A program made the position numbers and the translations under genes. A stretch of 64,000 bases of DNA, taken from assembly GCA_024639185.1 (NCBI GenBank), contig JAHEIW010000003.1:10416-74415 (forward strand). The letters are read 5' to 3'. This DNA is from Deltaproteobacteria bacterium (GTDB lineage: Bacteria > Desulfobacterota > Desulfobacteria > Desulfobacterales > JAHEIW01). Shown here in pieces: positions 42,456 through 53,457 of this stretch. Position 1 is the first letter of the stretch, and each line of letters begins with the position of its first letter. The notes beneath the pieces were generated by a model. The model was not told the origin of the DNA and did no database searches. It saw only the letters and a list, made by a program, of their open reading frames with translations.

Positions 42456-45400
42456 ATGAAATTTATTGCCGATTTACACGTTCATTCCAAATACTCCAGG
42501 GCGACTGCCAAGAACCTTGATCTGGAAAATTTATACATTGCCGCCCAGTTAAAAGGTGTTACGGTTGTGGGAACCGGTGATTTTACATACCCGGCCTGGT
42601 TTGAAGAAATTTCAGATAAATTGGTTGCCGCTGAAACCGGTTTATACAAACTAAAAGCTGAACATGCGCGGCTTTGCGATCTACAGGTTCCGGAGGCCTG
42701 TCGCGGTCCGGTGCGTTTTATGCTGGTTACTGAAATCAGCAACATCTATAAGAAAACTGGTAAAACGCGTAAAAATCACAATCTGATATTTGCCCCGGAC
42801 GTGGATGTTGCCCGGCAGCTCAAAAACCGGCTGGATAAAATCGGCAACATTCGATCGGACGGCCGACCGATCCTCGGGTTGGATGCCCGGGATTTACTTG
42901 AGATGGTGCTTGAAACCTCTGACGACGCATTTTTAATCCCGGCTCACATCTGGACCCCCTGGTTTTCGGTACTGGGATCAAAATCCGGTTTTGATTCCGT
43001 TGGCGATTGTTTTGAAGACTTAACCCCGCATATTTTTGCAGTTGAAACCGGGCTGTCTTCTGATCCGGCGATGAACTGGCGCGTGTCATCTTTGGATGAA
43101 TTTACTTTGGTGTCCAACTCGGATGCGCATTCCCCGCTTAATTTGGGGCGCGAAGCCAATATGTTCAATACCGAGCTATCCTATGCGGCCATAAAAACAG
43201 CCCTTAAAACCGGTAATCCGGAAGAATTTCTCGGCACCCTGGAGTTTTACCCTGAAGAGGGCAAATATCACATCGATGGTCATCGTGCCTGCAACGTTTC
43301 TTTCTGGCCTGCGGCGACGCTCAAACATAATGGCCTATGCCCGGTTTGCAGCAAACCCCTGACGTTGGGCGTCTTGCATCGTGTTGAAGAATTAGCCGAT
43401 CATAATGAAGGCCGCAAAGCGCCCCGGCATGCGCCCTACCACAGCATTATTCAACTGCCGGACATTCTGTCTGAGGTAATGCAGGTAGGTCCCAAATCCA
43501 AAAAAGTCACCCGGGCCTATCAAAGCGCTTTGGACAAACTGGGTTCGGAATTTAACATTTTACACCATCTAACGACCGATGCGATTGAGCAGGCCGGCAT
43601 ACCGCTTCTATCTGAGGCAATCCGGCGCATGCGTGATCAGGAAATCAGCGCCATCCCCGGCTTTGACGGGCAATATGGGCGGATTCAAATTTTCAAGGAG
43701 CAAGAACGAGCAGCGCTTCTGGGCCAGCAATCACTTTTTGCGCTCAGCGAGCCCCGGGCGACCGTTTCTGTTACCAACGATCCCCCGTATTCCCTCAAAG
43801 TGCCCCGTAAAGAGCCGGGTGATTCCCGTGAGGCTAAATTAAACCGTACGTCAGCGCACATCCATATTCACCAATTGAACGACGAGCAGCGTCGGGCGGT
43901 AGAGCATTCCGAGGGTCCCCTGCTGATTGTTGCCGGGCCCGGCACCGGTAAAACCCAGACCCTGACAATGAGAATCGCACACTTTATAATGCATAAAGGT
44001 ATTGCCCCCGAATACATACTGGCAGTAACCTTTACCCGCAAAGCGGCTGAGGAAATGCAGCAGCGCCTGCACACGGTTTTGGGCGACCGGCATCCATTGC
44101 CTCTGACGGCCACCTTTCATTCCCTGTGCTATAAAATATTAAGCGATCAAAATCCAAATAAGACTTTCGGTATTATCGATGAAGATGATCGTAAAAAATT
44201 AATCGATGAAGCGCTCAAAAGGGTCAGGGGTTTCGGGGTTGAGGTTTCCTTAAAACCGCGACAATTACGCGACCAAATTGCGGCGGCCAAACAGCAAATA
44301 CAGGGTCCGGAAGATATAGCTTCGGCGCAACACTTCAGCGTTGATGACCGCGCACTGGCCGAGGTGTATCACAGCTATCAAAACCTGTTATCCATTCAGG
44401 GGCTTTATGATTATGAAGATCTGATTTTTAACGTTGTCCGTCTGCTCGAGAGCGATCCACGGATTTGCAAAACATACCGGCGTCAATTTGAGCATATTTT
44501 TGTCGATGAATATCAGGACCTCAATCATGGACAGTATCGTATCATAAGGGCGCTGGCTCCCTCTGATGCCGCCAGACAAAATTTATGCGTCATCGGCGAT
44601 CCGGACCAATCTATTTACGGGTTCAGAGGATCAGACGTTCGGTATTTTACCCGTTTTATGGATGATTACCCCCATGCAGCTGTTATTGAATTAACCCGAA
44701 ATTATCGATCGACGGAAACCATTCTGGATGCATCCTATCAGATCATTCAGGATCATCGTTTGCATACCGGTGACACCCGGACCCACTCGATGATCGATGG
44801 TGTTGAAACCATCAGCATCCTCGAGCTGGCCAGCGCCAAAGCTGAAGCCTGGGCTATCGCTGGAACCATCGGCCAGTTGGTGGGTGGTTCCGGTTTTCAT
44901 TCCATCGACACCGGCCAGGTGGCGGATGCCAATCTCATTTCTGCCTGCAGTTATGCCGATTTTGCGGTTCTGGTTCGCACGCACCATCAACTGAATATTA
45001 TTGCCGAGGTCTTTCTACAGGCGGGTGTGCCCTTTCAGGTTGCCAGCCGTAAAAATTGGTTTGAACGCTGGGGCCTGGCCGAACTGATTTCACTATTAAG
45101 CATTGTGGCGGGATACGGTAGTGATCTGGATTTAGACAACTGCCTGTCGCTATATGGTGTCGGACTGAATAAAAAGGCAACCGATCAGTTTAAATCCTGG
45201 TGTTATTCAAAAAAATTATCCCGGCATAACGGTTTGGACAATGCCAGACGTTTTCCGGTGCCGGGTTTAAACCGTGCTCAGCAGCAAAAGCTCATCGATT
45301 TTAGCGACACACTGGCCGGCATTAAAAATGAGACGAGCGGTATGAACATTGCCGAAAAATTACAGCATCTATCCCGGATCCCACAGCTGGCTGCCATTAT

Positions 45401-45875
45401 GGGCACCCACCGGCAATCCCGGGAGATATTTGGCAACCTGCTAAGCCTGGCCGCAGATTATGATAAAGACCTGGCCGCCTTTTTAGCGACAGCAGCGCTG
45501 CACACAGACACCGATGTTTACCTGTCGCGCGCGGAAAAGGTTGCCGTGATGACGATGCATGCGGCCAAAGGCCTGGAATTTCCGGTGGTGTTTATCGCCG
45601 GGTGTGAAGACGATTTGATTCCCTTAAACCATCAGGGCAGCATACAGGCCGACCCGGCCGAAGAACGCCGGCTGTTTTATGTGGCCATGACCCGGGCCAT
45701 GCAGCAATTATACCTGACACGGGCTAAAAAACGCAGCCGATACGGAAAACTTTTGACCCGCCAACCCTCTCCATTTCTGGCCGACATTGAAAGCCGTATC
45801 AAAAAAGAAGAATCTCCGCAGAAAAAATCCCCCGGGAAGAAAGTAAAGCAGCAGCGACAGCTCAAACTCTTTTAG
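42456..45875 (+). CDS. Endonuclease Q (PHP) - UvrD/PcrA helicase fusion
   Basis: ADLHVHSKYS, PAHIWTPWFS, SNSDAHS, GHRAC..CPVC; then AGPGTGKT, VDEYQD, GDPDQSIY, TMHAAKGLEF, EERRLFYVAMTRA. Confidence 0.92.
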   Translation: MKFIADLHVHSKYSRATAKNLDLENLYIAAQLKGVTVVGTGDFTYPAWFEEISDKLVAAETGLYKLKAEHARLCDLQVPEACRGPVRFMLVTEISNIYKKTGKTRKNHNLIFAPDVDVARQLKNRLDKIGNIRSDGRPILGLDARDLLEMVLETSDDAFLIPAHIWTPWFSVLGSKSGFDSVGDCFEDLTPHIFAVETGLSSDPAMNWRVSSLDEFTLVSNSDAHSPLNLGREANMFNTELSYAAIKTALKTGNPEEFLGTLEFYPEEGKYHIDGHRACNVSFWPAATLKHNGLCPVCSKPLTLGVLHRVEELADHNEGRKAPRHAPYHSIIQLPDILSEVMQVGPKSKKVTRAYQSALDKLGSEFNILHHLTTDAIEQAGIPLLSEAIRRMRDQEISAIPGFDGQYGRIQIFKEQERAALLGQQSLFALSEPRATVSVTNDPPYSLKVPRKEPGDSREAKLNRTSAHIHIHQLNDEQRRAVEHSEGPLLIVAGPGTGKTQTLTMRIAHFIMHKGIAPEYILAVTFTRKAAEEMQQRLHTVLGDRHPLPLTATFHSLCYKILSDQNPNKTFGIIDEDDRKKLIDEALKRVRGFGVEVSLKPRQLRDQIAAAKQQIQGPEDIASAQHFSVDDRALAEVYHSYQNLLSIQGLYDYEDLIFNVVRLLESDPRICKTYRRQFEHIFVDEYQDLNHGQYRIIRALAPSDAARQNLCVIGDPDQSIYGFRGSDVRYFTRFMDDYPHAAVIELTRNYRSTETILDASYQIIQDHRLHTGDTRTHSMIDGVETISILELASAKAEAWAIAGTIGQLVGGSGFHSIDTGQVADANLISACSYADFAVLVRTHHQLNIIAEVFLQAGVPFQVASRKNWFERWGLAELISLLSIVAGYGSDLDLDNCLSLYGVGLNKKATDQFKSWCYSKKLSRHNGLDNARRFPVPGLNRAQQQKLIDFSDTLAGIKNETSGMNIAEKLQHLSRIPQLAAIMGTHRQSREIFGNLLSLAADYDKDLAAFLATAALHTDTDVYLSRAEKVAVMTMHAAKGLEFPVVFIAGCEDDLIPLNHQGSIQADPAEERRLFYVAMTRAMQQLYLTRAKKRSRYGKLLTRQPSPFLADIESRIKKEESPQKKSPGKKVKQQRQLKLF

Positions 45876-45976
45876 CCGGCATAGCGCATAGTGCAAAGGG
45901 CATAGCGTAATAGCGCCTTATCCGATCTATCAAACTTATCGATTACCCTATGCGCCATGCTCTCTGCCCTATGCCG
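45876..45976. repeat. Inverted element with tandem GCATAGC-like heptamer arms
   Basis: ggcatagcgcatagtgcaaagggcatagcg..ccctatgcgccatgctctctgccctatgcc. Confidence 0.7.
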
Positions 45977-46310
45977 AAAACGCTGCCCCACACCCTATGC
46001 TCCTGGCGCCTGCCATAGCCCCATGATACTGGTATTTCACTAAAGCTTTCATGAATTTGGGTCGATATTTTATATGGAATGCATGACCGGCTGATGGTTG
46101 CGGTATAGACCTTGGGCGACTGGTTTTTAGCAGCCACAAGATATAGAGGGGTGTTAAATAAGTAATTAATATAATTATATATTATTAATAAATCCTTGAG
46201 TTTCAGAAAAAAGTATTGTAAAATTTATTATACGATCTAAACGCGCATTTAAATTGGCTCCTGCTTTTGGGGGAAAGCGAAAAATGGGCCTAAATTGACG
46301 CTGAGGAATA

Positions 46311-46904
46311 ATGGGCGGACGCGGACCTAAATATTTGCAACTTTTTGTTTTTTCTCTTGCTTTACTTGCCTTTGTGCCATCGGGGTATGCGGATATTTAC
46401 CGTTACATCGATGAAAACGGGGTGATGCATTTTACCAACACCCCGACCTCCAATACCCAGGAATACAAACTTTATCTTAAAGAAAGAACAACCTTTTCCA
46501 GAAAGTTTTACGCCACCGACAAATATGATCGGTTAATCTCCAACGCTTCAGCACAAACCGGGATCGATTCACGCCTGTTAAAAGCCATGATTAAAGCCGA
46601 ATCGGACTTTAATCCGCGGGCTATCTCCAAAAAAGGCGCCATGGGGCTGATGCAGATCATGCCCGAGAACTTCAAAATGCTGGATCTGCAAAATCCATTT
46701 GATCCCTGGCAAAATATCAGGGCCGGTGCGCGCTATTTTCAACAGCTCTACGAGCGTTTCAATGGCAAACTGGCGCTTTCGCTGGCGGCCTACAATGCCG
46801 GGCCCACCGCTGTCGACCGCTATAAAAGAATCCCGCCCTATAAAGAAACCGAAGAGTATGTTCGACGGGTCCTCAGGTATTATCGAAACCTTAAACAACT
46901 TTAA
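46311..46904 (+). CDS. Lytic transglycosylase (DUF4124 + SLT)
   Basis: IYRYIDENGVMHFTN; AESDFNP, GAMGLMQIMP, AAYNAG. Confidence 0.93.
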   Translation: MGGRGPKYLQLFVFSLALLAFVPSGYADIYRYIDENGVMHFTNTPTSNTQEYKLYLKERTTFSRKFYATDKYDRLISNASAQTGIDSRLLKAMIKAESDFNPRAISKKGAMGLMQIMPENFKMLDLQNPFDPWQNIRAGARYFQQLYERFNGKLALSLAAYNAGPTAVDRYKRIPPYKETEEYVRRVLRYYRNLKQL

Positions 46905-46979
46905 TCCAGCGCTCCTTCGCTCCTTTCTCAGCGTTCAGATCTCAGTACCCGTGCCTTGTCCTGCCCAAAGGGTTAAAAT

Positions 46980-47324
46980 TTGAGTCAATTAAATGACTTT
47001 TTGCCAATAAATCTATTGTTTAAAAGCCCTTTAGATCTTTGCCTGAAGATTCCCCCCCTGCCGGCGGCTCTCAATCGCCTGATAAGCGAAATCAATCGAT
47101 CCGAACCCGACATCGATCGGCTGGTGCAGTACATATCCGCTGATCCTGAAATTACCGCCAGGGTGATCAAAACGGTCAACTCCTCCTTGTATTCACCGCG
47201 TGTTCCGGTTGCCGATGTGAAACGGGCCGTTACCATGCTGGAGGCGATTCTATTTAACCGCATTATCGGCGGGCTTCCCTATCCCCTGTGGCGGGCGTTT
47301 TTCTTTTCTGCAAGCGATCGATGA
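46980..47324 (+). pseudogene. Truncated HDOD-domain fragment
   Basis: IPPLP..DPEITARVIKTVNSSLY..AVTML, after which homology stops and the ORF runs into the convergent phosphatase gene. Confidence 0.7.
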
Positions 47325-48408
47325 GAATTTGACCCACGCGAGCATTATCCAATATTCCGCTGAAATCGGCACTCGATGGTCCATAGGCAAAGATGGGGAC
47401 CATTGATGCCGTGTGCCCGCCGGTTGTGAATGCGGTTGCGGAAACCTGCCGGTCTTGAATCGAACCGTCGTGCAGTGCGAGCCCACCGGCCTCGTGATCA
47501 GCGGTTACCACCATCAAGGTGCGACCTTCTGATTGGGCAAAATCCAGTGCTGCGCCAATCGCAGTATCAAAATCGAGCATTTCTGAAATAATGTTAGGCG
47601 CATCCTTATGGTGGGCGGCCCAGTCAATCTGAGAGCCTTCGACCATCAGGACGAATCCATTGGTATTTTTTGATAGAATTTGAATGGCCAAACGGGTTAA
47701 CCGGGCCAGCGTATAATCACGGTTCGCTGCTGCGGGCAGACCTCCGGGTGCCAGCAGGGCCGCCAATTTTTGGCCGTCGCTGTTCGCTGATAAGTTATCA
47801 GCGCTCAGCACCAGCGGCATGCGGGATTCGAGGGCTGCCAGTAAATTCTTATCATCTTTTCGCCGGCTGCCTTGCCTGGAAGCCGGCACAAAATACCCCC
47901 GGCCCCCGCCGATTAAAACATCGATGCCGCTGTTGACAATCTGTTCGGCGATCTCGGCCTGCTTGCGACGGTTATCCACGTGGGTCATAAAAGCTGCCGG
48001 CGTGGCATGGGTAACCGATGAGGTCACCACCACACCGGTGGACTTACCCACATCCCGGGCGTGTTCAAAAAGGGTTTTTAAGGGAGTGCTGTCCGGCAAA
48101 ACCGAAACGGCCCGGTTGTTGGTTTTTTTTCCGGTTGCTAGCGCAGTTGATGCCGCCGCTGATTCGGTCACCAGCCGGTTGGCCGAATGGGTGGTCACCA
48201 GACCGCTGACAGGAAATTTTTCCAGGTTTAAGGTGCCCGCTGCGATCTTGCCGGCGGTAATGTGGGCCACACCCATGCCGTCGCCGATGCATAAGATAAT
48301 GTTATGCGGATAATGGTTGCCAGCGTCACAACCCAGCAGAAGAAACGCACAAAGAAGGCACATACGATAAAGGCGGAAGGATTTTATTAAATCCAGAAGA
48401 GAGCTCAT
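47263..48408 (-). CDS. phoA: Alkaline phosphatase (PhoA family lipoprotein)
   Basis: IGDGMG, ESAA, THATPA, VEGSQIDWAAH, TADHE, GHT. Confidence 0.9.
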   Translation of the reverse strand: MSSLLDLIKSFRLYRMCLLCAFLLLGCDAGNHYPHNIILCIGDGMGVAHITAGKIAAGTLNLEKFPVSGLVTTHSANRLVTESAAASTALATGKKTNNRAVSVLPDSTPLKTLFEHARDVGKSTGVVVTSSVTHATPAAFMTHVDNRRKQAEIAEQIVNSGIDVLIGGGRGYFVPASRQGSRRKDDKNLLAALESRMPLVLSADNLSANSDGQKLAALLAPGGLPAAANRDYTLARLTRLAIQILSKNTNGFVLMVEGSQIDWAAHHKDAPNIISEMLDFDTAIGAALDFAQSEGRTLMVVTADHEAGGLALHDGSIQDRQVSATAFTTGGHTASMVPIFAYGPSSADFSGILDNARVGQILIDRLQKRKTPATGDREARR

Positions 48409-48421
48409 TTTGATAACGGAG

Positions 48422-48928
48422 TCAAGGGGTTGAATCCTTTGAAGTTGCCATCGCCAGAACCCGCTCGACGATTGAACGGGCGATCTGATCAGATTTATCC
48501 AGGACCGAGGCCGAGGTCATGGCATCCACACCGGGTGTATCAGGCTTCCAACTATCCTGGATGCCGGTGGTCAATACAATTATTTTATTTTTCTGGGGCT
48601 CACGATCGATAAAACTTTCTACCCGGGGGTCCGGCCGCCCGGCCATGCACCGGTTAATGATCACAATGGCAGAAAATTCAGCAGTGGATTGACTTTTGAG
48701 ACCGTTGACATCAATGATCTTTAAATAAATGGCGTTTTGATTCAGACGATCATAGATTTCAGACACCACAGCCTGTTTAAACTTGCTATTCTGGGTGGCC
48801 ACCAGAACTTTCTTGTCAGAAGCAGCCGGCAGGCCACTTTCAATCGTTTCTACCGGCTGTGATGCACACCCCCAAACCACCAGACTCATCCCTATCAACA
48901 ATTGTCGGATCATGATTCTGAATTCCAT
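48422..48928 (-). CDS. Hypothetical lipoprotein (flavodoxin-like pattern)
   Basis: VWGC lipobox, KKVLVATQNSKFK, VDAMTSAS. Confidence 0.7.
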   Translation of the reverse strand: MEFRIMIRQLLIGMSLVVWGCASQPVETIESGLPAASDKKVLVATQNSKFKQAVVSEIYDRLNQNAIYLKIIDVNGLKSQSTAEFSAIVIINRCMAGRPDPRVESFIDREPQKNKIIVLTTGIQDSWKPDTPGVDAMTSASVLDKSDQIARSIVERVLAMATSKDSTP

Positions 48929-49045
48929 CTTGATTTGTTTGCGCGATTGGCTGTTTTAAGAAAACATAAGCATTGTCCAAAGAAAGCAAGCCGATCAAGG
49001 CTGATTTTCATAACTTTGTAGCCTTGTCTTTAAGGTTTTGGCGGT

Positions 49046-49411
49046 TTAGCGGGGCAACTGGATGGTAACGGTTTTGCCGCCGAAGCCGTGGACCGAGTCG
49101 TGGGCCTGAATGGTTACGGCGGAGATGCCTGTGGGGATCGTCACACCACCCAGACTGCGCGTAAACGGTTGCTCGTTTTCATGCGGATGATGAAGCGTGC
49201 GTGTAGCCAGTACGGTAACGTCGGAGGCCACCACGTCCCATTTATTGGCATAGTGGTCCCACCCCTTGTCCTCGTGGCGCACGGTCACGAAAAACTGGAA
49301 TGTATCGGGGCCGGTCGCTTTGACATCGACTTTCAACACATCAGCTTCATCCGTAAAACCGGAGCTCATCAGCATCACTGTGCACAAAACCATTGTGACT
49401 AAGACCTTCAT
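49046..49411 (-). CDS. Secreted His-rich small beta protein
   Basis: Signal peptide; HEDKGWDHYANKW, RTLHHPHENEQPFTRS, AHDSVHG. Confidence 0.8.
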   Translation of the reverse strand: MKVLVTMVLCTVMLMSSGFTDEADVLKVDVKATGPDTFQFFVTVRHEDKGWDHYANKWDVVASDVTVLATRTLHHPHENEQPFTRSLGGVTIPTGISAVTIQAHDSVHGFGGKTVTIQLPR

Positions 49412-49427
49412 GGTAAGTCCCTTCCGT

Positions 49428-49796
49428 TCAGGAAAGCAGGGTGTCATCAACATGGCTCGCAAATTCTTCGGATCGAACTTCGGTCGCGCCGGTGGCGATA
49501 TAGGCATGAGATGCCACCCGGCAACCCAGGAGGGTGGCATGGGGGCTAATAAAGGCATGCTCGCCGATTCGAACCGGATGATCGACACCTTCAACTCTGG
49601 TTGCACGGACAACCGCATTTTCACAAATGATGCAGCACGCCCCGATCTCAACGCCCGATGCTTCTGAATCGATGACGGTGCCAAACATCACGCGCGCCTG
49701 TGCGCCCACTGTAACATTGCCACAAATAACGGCTGTGGGCGCAACATAGACCGACGTATCTATCCTGGGCTCAATCCCCCGATGCTTGATCATCAT
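49428..49796 (-). pseudogene. Truncated gamma-carbonic anhydrase family (CaiE/YrdA-like) gene
   Basis: PRID..YVAPTAVICGNV hexapeptide repeats; homology ends after YIATGAT and the C-terminal helix is missing. Confidence 0.7.
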
Positions 49797-50172
49797 AGCT
49801 TTCTCATCCTCCGATCATAATGATTTTTTTTACCTACCAGAGAGCCGCTTATCGTTTCATAAATAATCCCTTGAAGCTGGGCCGGTCATGTAAATTTCTT
49901 TCAGGCGCTATGATTTGCAAGTTGCCTGTGGCCTGATAGTTGGGATGATATCAACACTGTCGCTGAACCCAGGGCTCAAGGATTAATCATCCCGAATATC
50001 AGGCCAATGGGAGCCATGCGGGTAGCACACCAGCATAGCGCCTTTCAGAAAATAACATGACCTCACCCGACGTTGAGCCCGTTATAAAAAGAAAAGAACG
50101 GATTTTTGTAACCGGCAAACGGGCCAATCCCGTTTCACGGGGGCCTTCGGCCGGCATCGGGCTAAACTGGTT

Positions 50173-50916
50173 TTAAATACCCCATCCGCCTGATATTGGA
50201 ATAGCAGCCGCAGTAATATAAGAAGCCTCGTCCGAGGCCAGAAAGGCAACCACACTGGCAATTTCTTCGGCCTCGCCCATGCGGCCTAAAGGGGTCTGAT
50301 CGACAATGGGCTGTTTGTACTTGTCGGCCATGAATTTTTCGATGGTGGGTGTGCGGGTTAGACCCGGCAGGACTGCATTGACGGTGACACCCTGCGGGCC
50401 GGCTTCTTTGGCCACCGATTTGGTCAGTCCGATCACCCCGGCCTTGGCCGTGGAATAGGCCACTTCGGCTTTGGCTCCGGTCAGGGCGTAAATCGAGGAG
50501 ACATTGATCACGCGGCCCCAACCGGCGATGCGCATATCCGGCAGCAGCAGCTGAATCAGTACAAACGGGACAACCAGATGGATAGCGAGAACATCTAAAA
50601 AGTCGTCACTGCTAATTTTGGCCGTGGTTCCGGGTCGGTCATAACCGGCATTGTTTACCAGAATATCGATGCGCCCTTCCTGCTTTGCTTCCTGAACGGC
50701 TGCTTTTAGCACTTGGATGTCCGTCAGATCCAGCGACCGGGTGAAGACCTGCCTGCCCATGGCCTTGATATTTTTAGCTGTGGCTGAAAGGGTCTTGGGA
50801 TTTTTGTCCAACAAGACCACATCCGCGCCCTTTGAGGCCAGGACCTCCGCACAGGCCCGACCGATCCCCTGTCCCGCCCCGGTTATCAATGCCTTATGAC
50901 CGCTACGATTCGCCAC
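50173..50916 (-). CDS. Classical SDR oxidoreductase (FabG-like)
   Basis: TGAGQGIG, NNAG, YSTAK, PLGR; GTG start with RBS aaggag. Confidence 0.9.
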   Translation of the reverse strand: MANRSGHKALITGAGQGIGRACAEVLASKGADVVLLDKNPKTLSATAKNIKAMGRQVFTRSLDLTDIQVLKAAVQEAKQEGRIDILVNNAGYDRPGTTAKISSDDFLDVLAIHLVVPFVLIQLLLPDMRIAGWGRVINVSSIYALTGAKAEVAYSTAKAGVIGLTKSVAKEAGPQGVTVNAVLPGLTRTPTIEKFMADKYKQPIVDQTPLGRMGEAEEIASVVAFLASDEASYITAAAIPISGGWGI

Positions 50917-50927
50917 GCCTGTCTCCT

Positions 50928-51557
50928 TCAGTACGTCAAAAGGGGTGTTTTTGATAAATATTGTTTTGAATGTAATTCGGTTAATATGAAATGGGCCACA
51001 TCCGCGCGTGATATTTTTCCGGCTTTGATGCCTTCCAGATCGGTCAGTGCCCGATAGGTTCCGGTTAGCGGACCATTGGTCAGAAATCCCGGGCGCACAA
51101 TAACCCATTCCAGCTTCGATTTCCGCACCAGTTTTTCCTGGCGGTCTTTGTCTGCATAAATGGTTTTCAGCAAAAGCGGATTAAAGATTTTATCATAGAA
51201 AAATCCGCCATGATGTTTGCTATCGCCGGCACCGATTCCGGTAACACAGATTAAAAGGCCTGATGCACTGCCGGTCATGGCATCGATAACGTTTTCGGTG
51301 CCCGCTGAAAATACGCTGACCGGTTTGCGGGTCGGATTGATTCCAATGGTGATGCATACGGCCTGCTGATCTGCAACAGCATTTCTGACAGCCTCTTTGT
51401 CGCGGATATCACCCTTGACCAAATCCAGCCGTTCGTCAAGAACCGGCAGCCGCCCGGGATCGCGCACCAATGCCCTTATTGAATGGCCGTCATCAAGGGC
51501 CTGTTCAACCAAGCTTCGGCCGATTCCGCGGGTTGCGCCAATGACCAATAGTTTCAT
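50928..51557 (-). CDS. NAD(P)H-binding atypical SDR (biliverdin reductase B-like)
   Basis: GATRGIG, WVIVRPG, ISRADVA. Confidence 0.9.
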   Translation of the reverse strand: MKLLVIGATRGIGRSLVEQALDDGHSIRALVRDPGRLPVLDERLDLVKGDIRDKEAVRNAVADQQAVCITIGINPTRKPVSVFSAGTENVIDAMTGSASGLLICVTGIGAGDSKHHGGFFYDKIFNPLLLKTIYADKDRQEKLVRKSKLEWVIVRPGFLTNGPLTGTYRALTDLEGIKAGKISRADVAHFILTELHSKQYLSKTPLLTY

Positions 51558-51575
51558 CTGCAGCTTTTCCCGGGC

Positions 51576-52412
51576 TTAGTTGGATTGAGGGGCGCCTTGC
51601 TCCAGACGCACCCATTTTATGGTTGCCCGTCGAATCAGGTCCTGCCAGAGTGCCTTGGGGTCGAGACTAAAAATGCTATCCGCGTCCGCCTGTAAGACAT
51701 GCCAGTCGCCCCGGGTGCGCTCAAAATCGAGCTGATTGGGCGCCCAGCCGGCATAGCCTGCATACAGGCGAAACGGCTGTTCGGCACTTCCCTTTTTGAT
51801 GAGGCCCTCCAGCACCTCCCAGCTTGCACTCATATAGACATTATCAATGACGGGCTTAGCTGCCGCCGGGGTCTGATTTGATCGAATGAGCATCAGCATC
51901 TGATTGCCGGCCACCGGGCCGCCGACGTAGACCATATCCTTGCGCTGCTTGAGCGCTTTTACGTCAGGAAACACCGTTGACAGCTTAACGTTTGATGGCC
52001 GATTGATCACCAGCCCCATGGCCCCGTCCGGCCCGTACTCAATCAACAGCACCACCGTCTCACTAAAATTAGGATCGCTTAGCCGACGGCTGGCCACCAA
52101 AAATTTCCCCTTAGCCAATTTTTCCCGAGGACCCGGTGTGCCGGGGCCTTCTTTGGGAATGGCTGCTTCGAATAACCGTTCGGGCGGCTTTTGACTGCGT
52201 GCCCCCGCACGAACGTTGGGGCCCAAAAATGGCCAGCCGTTCAATACCAGCAACAATGTCAGCCAGAGGTAAAATGAGCGCCGATGCGGACGCCTGTATG
52301 AGAGGGTGCCAGCTGTCAGGGTCACCACCTTTGTGTGCCAACTAAAGTTTGAGATAACGATTCGCACTTCAGGGTTCGATGGGCGGCAGGCTGTGAAAAG
52401 AAAACCCCGCAT
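51576..52412 (-). CDS. YqgE/AlgH family protein with N-terminal extension
   Basis: GKFLVA, DPNFSETVV, GAMGLVINRP, GGPV, GYAGW; start uncertain. Confidence 0.88.
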   Translation of the reverse strand: MRGFLFTACRPSNPEVRIVISNFSWHTKVVTLTAGTLSYRRPHRRSFYLWLTLLLVLNGWPFLGPNVRAGARSQKPPERLFEAAIPKEGPGTPGPREKLAKGKFLVASRRLSDPNFSETVVLLIEYGPDGAMGLVINRPSNVKLSTVFPDVKALKQRKDMVYVGGPVAGNQMLMLIRSNQTPAAAKPVIDNVYMSASWEVLEGLIKKGSAEQPFRLYAGYAGWAPNQLDFERTRGDWHVLQADADSIFSLDPKALWQDLIRRATIKWVRLEQGAPQSN

Positions 52413-52628
52413 TCATCATGTGATACGGGGTGTTTTCAACAGGCCATCTTCGATCCTTCCGGGCGAATGCGTTCAGATCTTTTTATGCGGAATCACCTAT
52501 CGTTTGGAGCTCGGTGAATCTTTTTGATATTTACCCACAAATCATTTGCGGAGTCAAGAATACAACCCCTAAATAAATTTACGCGTGCGCGCCAATCCGT
52601 CACATCTCAGCCGGCCGATCAACGGGTT

Positions 52629-53159
52629 TTATGTGCTAAAACCGATACCATTAAAGGCCTCCAGGCGGGCTTTGCGAACTCGCCAACGGCCTTCTGTTTT
52701 GAGCATTTCAAAATTAAGCTGGTACAAATCGGCGTTGTCGCCCACCTTTTCGATCCAGCCCCTGGGGTCGCCATAGAGGTCTCTTAGTTCGGGCATAACC
52801 CGCTCCTTCTTAACGATCAAAAAATATATTCCACACAACGCCCGATCATCTTCGGCCGAAAGCGTCACCGAAGGTTTGGGATACAAAATTTTTATTTGGC
52901 CATAGTGCTTCAAAGCCGACCGGATGATGCGCTTGATTACCGGACGATTGTATCCGCCCGGTTGACCTACGATGTCATCGGTGGCCAGCTCCATCAATCC
53001 ATTGATATCATGGGCTTCGGCCAGCACGGCCCCTTTTTGAACCAGCGCCCGTATGGCTGCGGCATCATCTTGCTGCGAGCAGGCGGACGTCACCAAAAAG
53101 AAAACCCATGCGAGCATGGACAATCGCAGCGATTTCCGGCGGCGGGTAACCCCTCTCAT
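52629..53159 (-). CDS. Hypothetical lipoprotein (NTF2-like pattern)
   Basis: TSAC lipobox, C-terminal KTEGRWRV. Confidence 0.65.
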   Translation of the reverse strand: MRGVTRRRKSLRLSMLAWVFFLVTSACSQQDDAAAIRALVQKGAVLAEAHDINGLMELATDDIVGQPGGYNRPVIKRIIRSALKHYGQIKILYPKPSVTLSAEDDRALCGIYFLIVKKERVMPELRDLYGDPRGWIEKVGDNADLYQLNFEMLKTEGRWRVRKARLEAFNGIGFST

Positions 53160-53457
53160 GATAAAGCCCCGGTATTGTCATGTGTTATATTGACCGCTAT
53201 TGTAAATGCGGCTGCGGAACTTGTGATGAATGATGGTGGATGATGGGTTGATTTTTTCAATCCAGGTTTGTAAGACGGCATTCATTTATCAGCCCCTTTG
53301 GTTTATCACACGTAACGGACATTCAGACAAATCGATACCAGAAGCGAACACTTTTTACAACTTGGCAAAACATTTTTCCTTTTCCGTTTGGCTTGATGTG
53401 ATAGTGGGTTTGAATAGTGCTTTTGGAGTTGTTTGTCCGCTGGTTTTTATGATGGTT

